Below, piece after piece: positions 29,170-37,916 of a stretch of DNA of 64,000 nt. Below the pieces are notes generated by a model. That model did not search any database and was not told where the DNA came from. It saw only the letters and a list, made by a program, of their open reading frames with translations. Numbering within the stretch: the stretch's first letter is position 1; every line of letters starts with the position of its first letter. A program made the translations under genes and the position numbers. The stretch is from Vicinamibacteria bacterium. GTDB lineage: Bacteria > Acidobacteriota > Vicinamibacteria > Marinacidobacterales > Marinacidobacteraceae. The stretch lies in the NCBI GenBank assembly GCA_963422395.1, contig OY729431.1, forward strand, positions 1,536,001 through 1,600,000, given 5' to 3'.

Positions 29170-31782
29170 TTACGCCGCTCGGGGCGCGAGGAGGCGATGC
29201 AGCCGCTTGCCGAGGCGGGTCCAGAGCCAGGGGGTGCGGCGGACCGAGAGGTCGAGTACATAGGCGATCAGCGCCAGCAGCGCCAGCAGCGGCCAGAGTG
29301 CGCGGGAGCGGATCACCCGGTCGCCGCCCGCAGCGAGCACCTGCGCCGGCGTCGGGGCGAGGACTCCACCGGTCTCGGCGGCGAGGGCGGCGAGGGCCTC
29401 CTCATCGGCGGGGAGGAAGCGATATTCGTCGGGATAGCTCAGGTGGATGGCCCGTTCGAGATCCGCGCCTCCGGCGAGGTCTTCGGGCAGCGAGGCACCG
29501 AGGATGCGGAAACGGGCGGCGTCCCCCGGCCGCAGGTCCAGCGGCACTTCCGCTTCGAAACGGCCCGGGCCGGTCTGGCGGACCGCAGTGCGTCCGACGA
29601 GGCCGGCGTAGCGGATCTCCAGTTCGGGGACGACGCCCACCGGGAAGGTCCCGTCCTCCCGGATCAGGGAGAGCTGGACATCCGCCGCATCGCCCCGCCG
29701 GGCGACATCGAAATCGAGTTCGGCCCCCTGCCCCCGCCGCATGGCGTCCCGGACCACCTGGGTCCAGAACTTGCCGTAACCGTCCCACCCCACCCAATCG
29801 GCGGCCCAGCGGTTCTTGCAGTCCGAGGTGAACATGGACGCCCGGCCGAGCCCGTACTGCCAGCGGGCGAGAAGCGGCTCCTCGTCGGGGCCTTCGAGGA
29901 GCACCTCGGCGGTGTCCTTCGCCATCGTGGCCACGAAGCCCTTCAGCTCGGGGGCGCGGTCGAAGTCCAGCCCGTCGAGCACCCGCGCCTGCTGGCGCAC
30001 CACCGGACGGAAAGGTTCCTCGACGAGGGTGGCGTCGAGGGCGATCTGCGTCTCCTCGACGAAGATCTGCTGGACCCGCGCCGCGTCGCGGATGAAGTAG
30101 CTCCGCCCATCGCCCCAGTCGGCGATGTCCGAGAGCAGCTCGCGGTCCGCCTCCTCACCCACCGCGACCGTCGAGATCGTGATCTCGTCCTCCTTCATCC
30201 GGGTGACCAGCTCCTGATAGTCGTCGGGATAGGTCTTCCCGTCGGAGAGGAGGATCACATGCTTCACCTTGGAAGGGCTTTCGTCGAGCTGTTCGTAGGC
30301 GCGGTCGAGCGCCGGGTAGATGTTCGTCTGAGCGCTCGCCTGGATGCGGCTGATCCCCTCCTCGATCCAGTCCCGGTCGACCACCAGCTGCAGCGGGATC
30401 GTGGTGTAGGGATTCCAGTCGAAGGTGACCACCCCGAAGCGATGGGTGTCCTCCAGCAGGTCCAGCGCCGCCTTGGTCGCCTCCTTGGCGAGAGCGATCT
30501 TGCGCCCGTACATGCTGTAGGACTTGTCGAGCACGATCACCAGGGAGAGGTCCTTCCACTTCTCCTTGATCTGGAAGTCGACCGGCAGCGCCTCTTCGAG
30601 GATCGAATCCGAGTACCCGTTCTCGCCATAACTGGATTCGCCGGCGGCGAAGACCAGCCCGCCGCCGGCGTCCCGCACATAACGGGCGATCTGTTCCATG
30701 GACGACTCGGAGAGCCGTTCCGGCGGCACATCGCTCAGCACCACCGCATCCCAGGCGGTGAGATCGAGACTCGGCAGCGCCGCGACCGGCGCGGTGTTCA
30801 CCGAGACTCCTTCGGACTCGAGCGCGTTTTGCAGATAGCGGGAGCTCTCGGGCTCCCCCTCGACATAGAGGACCTTCGCCGCTTCGCCGACGGGCGCTTC
30901 GATCGCCCGCCGATCGTTGACCTCGAGACCGTCGCCGGGAACCCGGATCTCGGCCTCGAGGACGGTCATGCCGGCCTCTTCGAGGCGCACCGGCACCGGA
31001 ACGGTCGAAGATCCGGGCGGAAGCTCGACTTCGACCGCCGCGAGCGCCTCCCCGCCGGCGAGGATGCGGACCTCCGCGGGGCCGCCGGCCGAGGAAAATA
31101 CTTCGACTTCGATGCCGGTCATCTCGCCGGCCCGCGGCGCCGGCGGAAGGTGGACGGCGTTCACGAAGCCGCCGCCGTCGCTCCGCACCGTCGAAGGCGC
31201 CGGAAAAACGCGCACTCCTCCCTCCTTGAGTAGCGAAAGGGCAGCCGCGGTGTCGCCTTCGGTCTCCCGGCCGTCGCTGAACAGCACGAGCCGTTTCAGC
31301 CGGTCGGGAGGAAAGAGGGCGGCGGCGTGCCGGAGCGCCGCTTCGATGTTCGTGCGGCCCTGATCGAGCGCCCCTGCGGGCGGAGCAGTCCGGCCCGCCG
31401 CACCGCTGTCGAACACCTGCACTCCCATCAGCCCGTCGGCACCCGCCGTCGAGACCGCCCGATCGGCGAAGGCCACGAAGTGTGCGTTCCCGGCGCCGAG
31501 TCCGCTTCCCGTTTCCCGCGCCCAGGCGACCGCCTGCTCCACCGAGCGCGATGCAACGCTTCGCGACACATCCACCACGAAGGCCACCGAGACCTCGCGG
31601 GACCCGGCGCGGACCACCGGACGGCAGAGCGCGAAGAGAAGGAGTCCCGCCGCCGCGAGCCGCAGGACGAGCGACGCCCGGAGCCTGGCCTTCGCCCAAC
31701 GGAGGTCGGAACGGCGGGCGGCGAGCAGGATCACCCCGAGGAGGGGAACGAGCACGAGAGGCCAGAGGGCGTCGAGAGTCAT
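29170..31782 (-). CDS. Membrane protein with two VWA domains and a GATase-like domain
   Basis: VVDVSRS and VLDKSYSM MIDAS-like motifs, FSDG/LSDG, GGGLVFAAG, WQYGLGR, terminal TMs. Confidence 0.85.
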   Translation of the reverse strand: MTLDALWPLVLVPLLGVILLAARRSDLRWAKARLRASLVLRLAAAGLLLFALCRPVVRAGSREVSVAFVVDVSRSVASRSVEQAVAWARETGSGLGAGNAHFVAFADRAVSTAGADGLMGVQVFDSGAAGRTAPPAGALDQGRTNIEAALRHAAALFPPDRLKRLVLFSDGRETEGDTAAALSLLKEGGVRVFPAPSTVRSDGGGFVNAVHLPPAPRAGEMTGIEVEVFSSAGGPAEVRILAGGEALAAVEVELPPGSSTVPVPVRLEEAGMTVLEAEIRVPGDGLEVNDRRAIEAPVGEAAKVLYVEGEPESSRYLQNALESEGVSVNTAPVAALPSLDLTAWDAVVLSDVPPERLSESSMEQIARYVRDAGGGLVFAAGESSYGENGYSDSILEEALPVDFQIKEKWKDLSLVIVLDKSYSMYGRKIALAKEATKAALDLLEDTHRFGVVTFDWNPYTTIPLQLVVDRDWIEEGISRIQASAQTNIYPALDRAYEQLDESPSKVKHVILLSDGKTYPDDYQELVTRMKEDEITISTVAVGEEADRELLSDIADWGDGRSYFIRDAARVQQIFVEETQIALDATLVEEPFRPVVRQQARVLDGLDFDRAPELKGFVATMAKDTAEVLLEGPDEEPLLARWQYGLGRASMFTSDCKNRWAADWVGWDGYGKFWTQVVRDAMRRGQGAELDFDVARRGDAADVQLSLIREDGTFPVGVVPELEIRYAGLVGRTAVRQTGPGRFEAEVPLDLRPGDAARFRILGASLPEDLAGGADLERAIHLSYPDEYRFLPADEEALAALAAETGGVLAPTPAQVLAAGGDRVIRSRALWPLLALLALIAYVLDLSVRRTPWLWTRLGKRLHRLLAPRAA

Positions 31783-31895
31783 CGCGGTACCGGTTTCGGG
31801 CGCGAATCCTATGGGAGCCGGGCGGTCGTTGCCGGAGGCTGCTAATTTCGCACCGAACCGCCGCGCTCCCCGCGGCCTGGTCGAGGAGTCCGGTG

Positions 31896-34082
31896 ATGCG
31901 TCTTTCGTCTTCTATTTCGTTTCCGTTCGCAGCAGCCGGTGGACGAAGTCACACGGCCAAAGGCCGGCGATGCCCAGTGGACCGATCTCGGTGCTCGCGC
32001 CGCTTCATCCACGGACTGCTATTCCAAGCGCCGCTCGTTCTCGCCGCACTCCCCGGCGCCTTCGCTCAAGAGCCGCCCCGAACCGCCGCTTCCATCGCGG
32101 TGGAACCGGCTTCGCTACTCCTCGAAGTCGGGGAATCGGCCCAGTTGAAGGCGAGGGTGCTCGACGAGAGCGGCGCAGAGTTGTCCGATCTCCGGGTCGT
32201 GTTCTTCTCCGGCAACCGGCTCGCCCTCACGGTGAGCCCGGGAGGCTTCGTCTCCGCGAACCGGCCCGGCGAGCACGAGGCCACCGCGCTGCTTCCCGAC
32301 CAGCCCTTCGACGGGACCTGGGACTCCTACAGTCGGGGCGATCCGGGTCTGCGTGTCTCGGTCACGGTGAGCGTGAAGGTTCCGGAGGTCACCGAGCTGT
32401 TCTTCGAGGATCCGCCCGCCGAGGCATATGCCGGCACCGAGCTGTCTTTCTCGGTGTCGGGGCGCGATCAGGCGGGAGACCTCCGCCCCGGAATCACCGC
32501 ATCCTTCACGACGAACGACGATCGGGTTGCGACCGCCGCCGAGTTCGGCATGGTGTCCTTCCTCGCTCCCGGCACGGTGCGGGTCGTAGCGAGGAGCGGG
32601 GAGCTCGCGGCAGAGCACGAGGTCCGGGTGGTGGAGAACCCGACGGACCGGATCGTCCTCCCGGCACCGGAACGAACCGAGGTGCGCGTCGGCGAGGTGA
32701 TCGCCTTCCGCGCCGAGGCGCGCGATGCCGCGGGCCGGGCGCTCCCCGACCTCCCGATCCGCTTCGCCCTCGAATCGAGGCCGGATTCCTTCCGACCCGA
32801 ATCGCTCGGGGCCGGGGCGCCGGCGCAGGTCACCGGCGACGGCCGGTTCGTCGCCGAACAGCCCGGGGTATATACGGTGATCGCGATGAGCGGGAGTCAG
32901 GCGGCGCGGCGGACGGTGCGCGCGGTGCCGCGCCAGGTGGCCCGCGAAATCGAGTTCCTCGGCCACGCGCGGGTGTCCGACCGGGTGACCGGGGATCTCT
33001 GGGTCTGGGAGGGGCTCGACGGGCGCGACTACGCCGTCCACGGAACATGGAACGCCGAGGGGCACGCCTATTTCTACGATGTGACCGATCCGCGGAACAT
33101 GGAGCGGATCGACACGGTGCAGGTGGACGCCCGCACGGTGAACGATGTGAAGGTCTCCGAGGATGGAACCCTGTGCGTCATCAGCCGCGAAGGCGCCTCC
33201 AACCGACGGAACGGGATCGTATTGCTCGATTGCTCTAACCCGCGGGAGGTCGAGATCCTGAGTTCCTTCGACCAGGGCCTCACCGGAGGCGTCCACAATG
33301 TCTTCCTCGACCAGAACCATGTCTATGCGGTGAACAACGGCCGGCGCTGGGATGTGGTGAATGTCGAAGACCCGCGCAATCCGTTCCGCATTTCGCGGTT
33401 CGAGACCGAGACTCCGGGGCGCTCGGTCCACGATGTGTGGATCCGGGACGGCATCGCCTACCAGGCGGGGCGCACCGACGGCCTCATCATGGTGGATGTC
33501 GGGGGCGGCGGCCTCGGCGGCAGCCCGGCCTCGCCGGTGGAGATGGGGCGCTTTCCCCAGATCACCGGCTGGAACCACGCCGTGTGGCCCTTCCGCAGCC
33601 CCTCGACCGGGAAGCTGTATGTCATCGGAGGCGACGAAGCGTTCCACCTCAATCCACGGCGGCCGGACGCCGGCGGCATCCTCTGGAGGGAGGCCATCCC
33701 CTCGCGCGCGAAGGGCTGGCTCCACTTCGTGGATTTCACCGATCCCGAAAACCCCGCGGAGGTCGCCCGCTTCCAGCTCCCCGACTCCGGGCCCCACAAC
33801 CTCTGGATCGATGCGGAAGCGGAGATCCTGTATGTCGGCTACTACGACGCCGGACTCCGCGTGGTGGACATCTCGGGCGACCTGCTGGGCGATCTCTACC
33901 GGCAGGGCCGCGAGATCGCGCGCTTCTTCCCCGAGGACAACGAAGGCTTCCTCGCCAACGCCGCCTTCACCTGGGGGCCCCAGCCCCACAAGGGAACGAT
34001 CTTTCTCGCCGACTTCAACAGCGGCCTCTGGGCGGTCCGATTGAAAGACCCGGGGGATGCTGCAGGCGGCGGCTCGGAGTGA
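31896..34082 (+). CDS. Exported Ig-like plus LVIVD-repeat (beta-propeller) protein, paralog 1
   Basis: Ig-like N-terminal modules; DLWVW, DARTVNDVKVS, GGVHN, HDVW, GLIMVDV, HAVWP, PHNLW, GLRVVDIS, DFNSGLW. Confidence 0.8.
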   Translation: MRLSSSISFPFAAAGGRSHTAKGRRCPVDRSRCSRRFIHGLLFQAPLVLAALPGAFAQEPPRTAASIAVEPASLLLEVGESAQLKARVLDESGAELSDLRVVFFSGNRLALTVSPGGFVSANRPGEHEATALLPDQPFDGTWDSYSRGDPGLRVSVTVSVKVPEVTELFFEDPPAEAYAGTELSFSVSGRDQAGDLRPGITASFTTNDDRVATAAEFGMVSFLAPGTVRVVARSGELAAEHEVRVVENPTDRIVLPAPERTEVRVGEVIAFRAEARDAAGRALPDLPIRFALESRPDSFRPESLGAGAPAQVTGDGRFVAEQPGVYTVIAMSGSQAARRTVRAVPRQVAREIEFLGHARVSDRVTGDLWVWEGLDGRDYAVHGTWNAEGHAYFYDVTDPRNMERIDTVQVDARTVNDVKVSEDGTLCVISREGASNRRNGIVLLDCSNPREVEILSSFDQGLTGGVHNVFLDQNHVYAVNNGRRWDVVNVEDPRNPFRISRFETETPGRSVHDVWIRDGIAYQAGRTDGLIMVDVGGGGLGGSPASPVEMGRFPQITGWNHAVWPFRSPSTGKLYVIGGDEAFHLNPRRPDAGGILWREAIPSRAKGWLHFVDFTDPENPAEVARFQLPDSGPHNLWIDAEAEILYVGYYDAGLRVVDISGDLLGDLYRQGREIARFFPEDNEGFLANAAFTWGPQPHKGTIFLADFNSGLWAVRLKDPGDAAGGGSE
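31933..32018 (-). mobile_element. 86-bp MITE inserted in-frame in a signal-peptide coding region
   Basis: Ends CAGCCGGTGGACGAAGTCACACGGCC and GCTCGCGCCGCTTCATCCACGGACTG match both ends of the 45071-45239 element in reverse orientation. Confidence 0.8.
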
Positions 34083-34192
34083 CGCTTCGCCGCTGGACCG
34101 AGCCGGGGCGCCCGGCCCCGCGAACCCGCTGAGAGCGCCCGGCGCGGACGATTCTCGCGGTGGTAAAGCCGACCCGGAGGAAAGGACGAACG

Positions 34193-34579
34193 GTGCGTTC
34201 CCCGAAGCTGGAGTTCGTTCGGGTCTGGCAGGGGATCGGCTGGGTGATGGTGCTGGTCGTCGTGGTGGAGACCCTCGCGCCCGACCCGGTATCCGGAGGG
34301 TTGGGAATCTGGGACAAGGCCCTGCACTGCGCGGCGTACGCCGGGTTGATGTGGTGGTTTCGTCAGAGTTTCGCCTTGCAGGCCGTCTGGCTGCCGTTTC
34401 TCCTCCTCCTCGGCGGATTCCTCGAACTCGCCCAACCGTGGTTAGGCGACCGATCGTTCGATGGCACCGACCTGTTGGCGAACGGGGCCGGCGTTCTCTC
34501 GGGGCTGCTGCTCGCTTGGACCGCGCTGGGGCGCACGGTCTCCACCCTGGATCGGAAGCTCACGCGCTTCCTTCGGTAG
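34193..34579 (+). CDS. VanZ-like membrane protein
   Basis: DKALH..AY, LELAQ....RSFD..DLLAN..G. Confidence 0.8.
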   Translation: MRSPKLEFVRVWQGIGWVMVLVVVVETLAPDPVSGGLGIWDKALHCAAYAGLMWWFRQSFALQAVWLPFLLLLGGFLELAQPWLGDRSFDGTDLLANGAGVLSGLLLAWTALGRTVSTLDRKLTRFLR

Positions 34580-34590
34580 CTGCGCCGCAA

Positions 34591-34654
34591 TAGCCTGTGG
34601 ATGAAGTGGCGCGAGCTCCGAGAGCGGTCCCGTTCTCCCGGTGGGGGGCGCGCG
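34591..34654 (+). repeat. Left-end fragment of the CTAG MITE family
   Basis: TAGCCTGTGGATGAAGTGGCGCGAGC..CCGAGAGCGGTCC.GTTCTCCCGGTGG is nearly identical to 49783-49846. Confidence 0.75.
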
Positions 34655-34752
34655 GCGGACGAGGCGGCTTCCCTTCCCGCGTTCGCTCTTCGGTGCCGTC
34701 GCGCCTGGAGTGCGGTGGGCGAATCGCCGCACGGTTACCGTACTCTTTCCCG

Positions 34753-36987
34753 ATGATCTTCGAACGGATGCACCGGTTCGGCAGGAGCACTCCGAGAGAG
34801 GCTCCACCGGACCGGAAGTTCTCTTTTCGGGGCCGTCTCCTCGGGACATTCGGCCCGATCTCCCTCGGCTTCCTCCCCTGGTTTTCGGCAGCGGCTCACG
34901 CTCAGGAACTGCGCCTCGCCGTCACTCCGGCTTCGCTGGAACTCCGCGTGGGGCAGACGGCGAGCATCGAAGCCGCGGTGAGTGCGGCGGACGGAAGCCG
35001 GGACCCCAATGCCCCGGTGCTCTTCTTCTCGCTCGACCCAGCCGATGTCAGCGTCTCCCACACCGGAGTGGTGAGCGCCCACCGGGCGGGAGAGCACACC
35101 CTGGTCGCGCTGCTGCCGGCTTCGGGGACGACGCCCGGGTTCACCCGCCCCGACGATCCGGGCCTCCGGGTGGAAATCTCGGTGCGGGTGCTCCCCTCGG
35201 AGCTCGCCGTCCTCCGCTTCGTCGGGCTGCCCGAACGGGTGCTGGTCGGCACGAGCCTGCCGCTCCGGCTGCTGGCGGAGGACGAGGGTTCCGGCCCCCG
35301 CGATGTGCGTCCCGAGTTGCGCGCCGGGCCGGCGGGGGTCGCGGCGGTCACCGCCTTCGGGCCCCTCTTCGAGGGGACCTACCACGCGCATCCGTTCTAC
35401 GACCGGCCCCGCCCGCCGACATATCTCTGGGACGCCGCCGGAATGTTCCTCGCTCTCGCTCCGGGAACCGCGACCGTCAGCGCGCACCTCGGCGAGCTCT
35501 CCGTCGAGGCCCGGGTCGAAGTGCTCCCGAATCCGGCTCGTTCCCTCGTCCTCGACGCCGGATTCGGCGGCGCTCCGCTCGCAGGCCCGGTGCGGACCGG
35601 CGATGTAGTCCGCTTCCGCGCTTCGGTCGAAGATGCGGAGGGTGCGGCGGTCCCGGACGCTCCGGTGCGCTTCGCGCTCGAATCCCACCCGGACCCGAGC
35701 CGGTTCGACACCGTGGGCGCCGGAGCGCCAGCGCAGTTGCGGGCCGACGGTCGGTTCGTCGCCGAGCAGCCGGGCCTCTATCTCGTCTCCGCCGCTTCGG
35801 GCGCGGCGCTGGCCGAACGCATGGTTCCTGTCGTGCCCCGCGAAGTGGGGATGGCGATCGAGTTCGTGGGCCACGCACCGGTCCGCGACCGGGCGAGCTC
35901 GGACCTTTGGGTCTGGGAAGGCCCCGACGGGCGCGATTACGCGGCGCTCGGCACCTGGAACGCCGACGGGCACACGCTCTTCTTCGATGTCACCGACCCC
36001 GCCCGGATGGAGCGGATCGCCGAGGTGCAGGTGGACGCCCGCACCGTCAACGATGTGAAGGTGTCTGCCGACGGGAGAGTCGCGGTCATCACCCGCGAGG
36101 GGGCCTCGAACCGCCGAAACGGCTTCGTGATCCTCGATGTCTCCGATCCGAGGAACCCCGAAGTGCTCTCCCGTTTCGACGACGAGCTGACCGGCGGCGT
36201 CCACAACGTCTTCCTCCACGAAGGGCACATCTACGCCATCAACAACGGACGGCGCTTCGATGTCATCAACGCCGAAGACCCGAAGAATCCGTTTCGGGTA
36301 TCCCGGTTCGAGGATCCCCGCCCCGGCCGCAGCGTCCACGATGTCTGGGTTCACGAAGGAATCCTGTTCCAGGCCGGAAATACCGACGGTCTGGTGGTGG
36401 TGGATGTGGGCGGCGGCGGCAAGGGCGGATCTCCTAGGAATCCGGTCGAAATGGGGCGGCTCTACCAGCTCACCGGCTGGAACCACGCGGTCTGGCCGTT
36501 CCAGAGCCGCTCGGCGAACCGCTTCTATGTGGTGACCGGCGACGAATCCCACCCGGTGAACCCGCGTATTCCCGGCCCGATCCTCTCCTGGGAGGAGCGG
36601 ATGCCGTCGCGGGCGATGGGGTTCCTCCACTTCAACGAGTTCGACGACCCGGAGAACCCGGTGGAGATCGCTCGTTACCGGGTGCCCGAGGCCGGTCCGC
36701 ACAACCTGTGGATCGACTACGAGCAGGAGCTGATGTTCGTGGCCTATTTCAACGGCGGTCTCCGGGTGGTGGATGTGTCCGGCGAGCTCGTCGGCGACCT
36801 CTACCGGCAGGGCCGTGAGGTGGCGAAGTTCTATTCCGACGATCCGCAGGGATTCATCCCCAACGCCCCCTTCGTCTGGGGGCCGCAACCCCACAAGGGA
36901 ACGATCTTCTTCTCGGACTTCAACAGCGGCCTCTGGGCGGTCCGGCTCGTCCCGCGCGAAGACCGCTCGCCAGCTGCGTCCCGATAG
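34753..36987 (+). CDS. Exported Ig-like plus LVIVD-repeat protein, paralog 2
   Basis: Same motifs as paralog 1 with long near-identical stretches (VQVDARTVNDVKVS, REGASNRRNG, WGPQPHKGTIF); start uncertain. Confidence 0.8.
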   Translation: MIFERMHRFGRSTPREAPPDRKFSFRGRLLGTFGPISLGFLPWFSAAAHAQELRLAVTPASLELRVGQTASIEAAVSAADGSRDPNAPVLFFSLDPADVSVSHTGVVSAHRAGEHTLVALLPASGTTPGFTRPDDPGLRVEISVRVLPSELAVLRFVGLPERVLVGTSLPLRLLAEDEGSGPRDVRPELRAGPAGVAAVTAFGPLFEGTYHAHPFYDRPRPPTYLWDAAGMFLALAPGTATVSAHLGELSVEARVEVLPNPARSLVLDAGFGGAPLAGPVRTGDVVRFRASVEDAEGAAVPDAPVRFALESHPDPSRFDTVGAGAPAQLRADGRFVAEQPGLYLVSAASGAALAERMVPVVPREVGMAIEFVGHAPVRDRASSDLWVWEGPDGRDYAALGTWNADGHTLFFDVTDPARMERIAEVQVDARTVNDVKVSADGRVAVITREGASNRRNGFVILDVSDPRNPEVLSRFDDELTGGVHNVFLHEGHIYAINNGRRFDVINAEDPKNPFRVSRFEDPRPGRSVHDVWVHEGILFQAGNTDGLVVVDVGGGGKGGSPRNPVEMGRLYQLTGWNHAVWPFQSRSANRFYVVTGDESHPVNPRIPGPILSWEERMPSRAMGFLHFNEFDDPENPVEIARYRVPEAGPHNLWIDYEQELMFVAYFNGGLRVVDVSGELVGDLYRQGREVAKFYSDDPQGFIPNAPFVWGPQPHKGTIFFSDFNSGLWAVRLVPREDRSPAASR

Positions 36988-37260
36988 CGAAGTCCCCGGT
37001 AGCGAAACGCGCTGGCCACCGGGGTCTGAACAACGCCCGGAAGGAAATAGTGATCGGGATCGGCGACATCGCCGAGAGCGGCTCCATCCGGTCCACCTCG
37101 CAGGTCTTTCGACGCCTTCTTCGACACGCTGGCCGGGCAGGTCCGGTTCCGGAACCCCGGCCTCGCCGCGCCCGGCTGAAGCGCGGCCGCGCGGGATTTC
37201 TTGCCAGCGGCCCCCGCTCCGGGGGACTTCCGTATCATCGGGCGCCGCTGGAGGTTTCCC

Positions 37261-37797
37261 ATGCGCAGCGCTCTCCCTTTTCTCTTCGCCCTGATCACTG
37301 CGCTGGCGTGGGGCCTCTACGGGCCGACCCTGGGCCAAGCACGGCTCGCCGACGCGGCAGCAAGCCCTTTCAAGCCCTATCTCGGGATCGGGATCGCCTA
37401 TCTGGTGGTGGCGATCGGCGGCGGGTTCGCCGGCATGTGGCTCCGAGGAGACAGCTTTTCCTTCGCGGGGGGCAGCGGACTCGCCTGGGGATTCCTCGCC
37501 GGGCTCCTCGGGGCGGTCGGCGCCTTCGGGCTGACGCTCTCGATGTTCACCGGCGGCGCCCGCATCCCCCACGCCGTGATGCCAGTGGTCTTCGGCGGAG
37601 CGGTCGCCATCACCGCCGTTTCGACCCTGCTGCTCTCCGGCGGCCGGTTGCGCGGCGGCCCGCTCCTCTGGCTCGGAATCGCCGGGGTTCTGGGGTCCAC
37701 GGTGTTGATCACGCAGAACACGCCGCACGCCCCGCCCGCGGCGGGGGCCGCGGCGAAGCCGGCAGCCGACCGATCTCCCCCTCACTCGGATCGGTGA
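37261..37797 (+). CDS. Hypothetical multi-pass membrane protein (DMT/EamA-like)
   Basis: GGAGG RBS; hydrophobic helices, WGLYGP, VMPVVFGGA. Confidence 0.7.
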   Translation: MRSALPFLFALITALAWGLYGPTLGQARLADAAASPFKPYLGIGIAYLVVAIGGGFAGMWLRGDSFSFAGGSGLAWGFLAGLLGAVGAFGLTLSMFTGGARIPHAVMPVVFGGAVAITAVSTLLLSGGRLRGGPLLWLGIAGVLGSTVLITQNTPHAPPAAGAAAKPAADRSPPHSDR

Positions 37798-37916
37798 TTC
37801 CCCAGTCTGGAATTCTCCGGCCGCAAGCGCCCTCCCTATCGCCGGTGCGTGCGTCTCCGAGTCTTGGATACCCCTCGGGGTAGGAGGAATCCGGGATTCC
37901 TATACTCCCTCCCCCC

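Noticed and set aside
36703-36716. Additional MITE end (AACCTGTGGATC)
   Set aside because: Encodes the conserved HNLWID motif shared with the paralog; no second end
32900-36960. Diversity-generating retroelement template/variable repeats between the LVIVD genes
   Set aside because: Similarity spans whole paralogous genes, differences are not adenine-specific, and no reverse transcriptase is present
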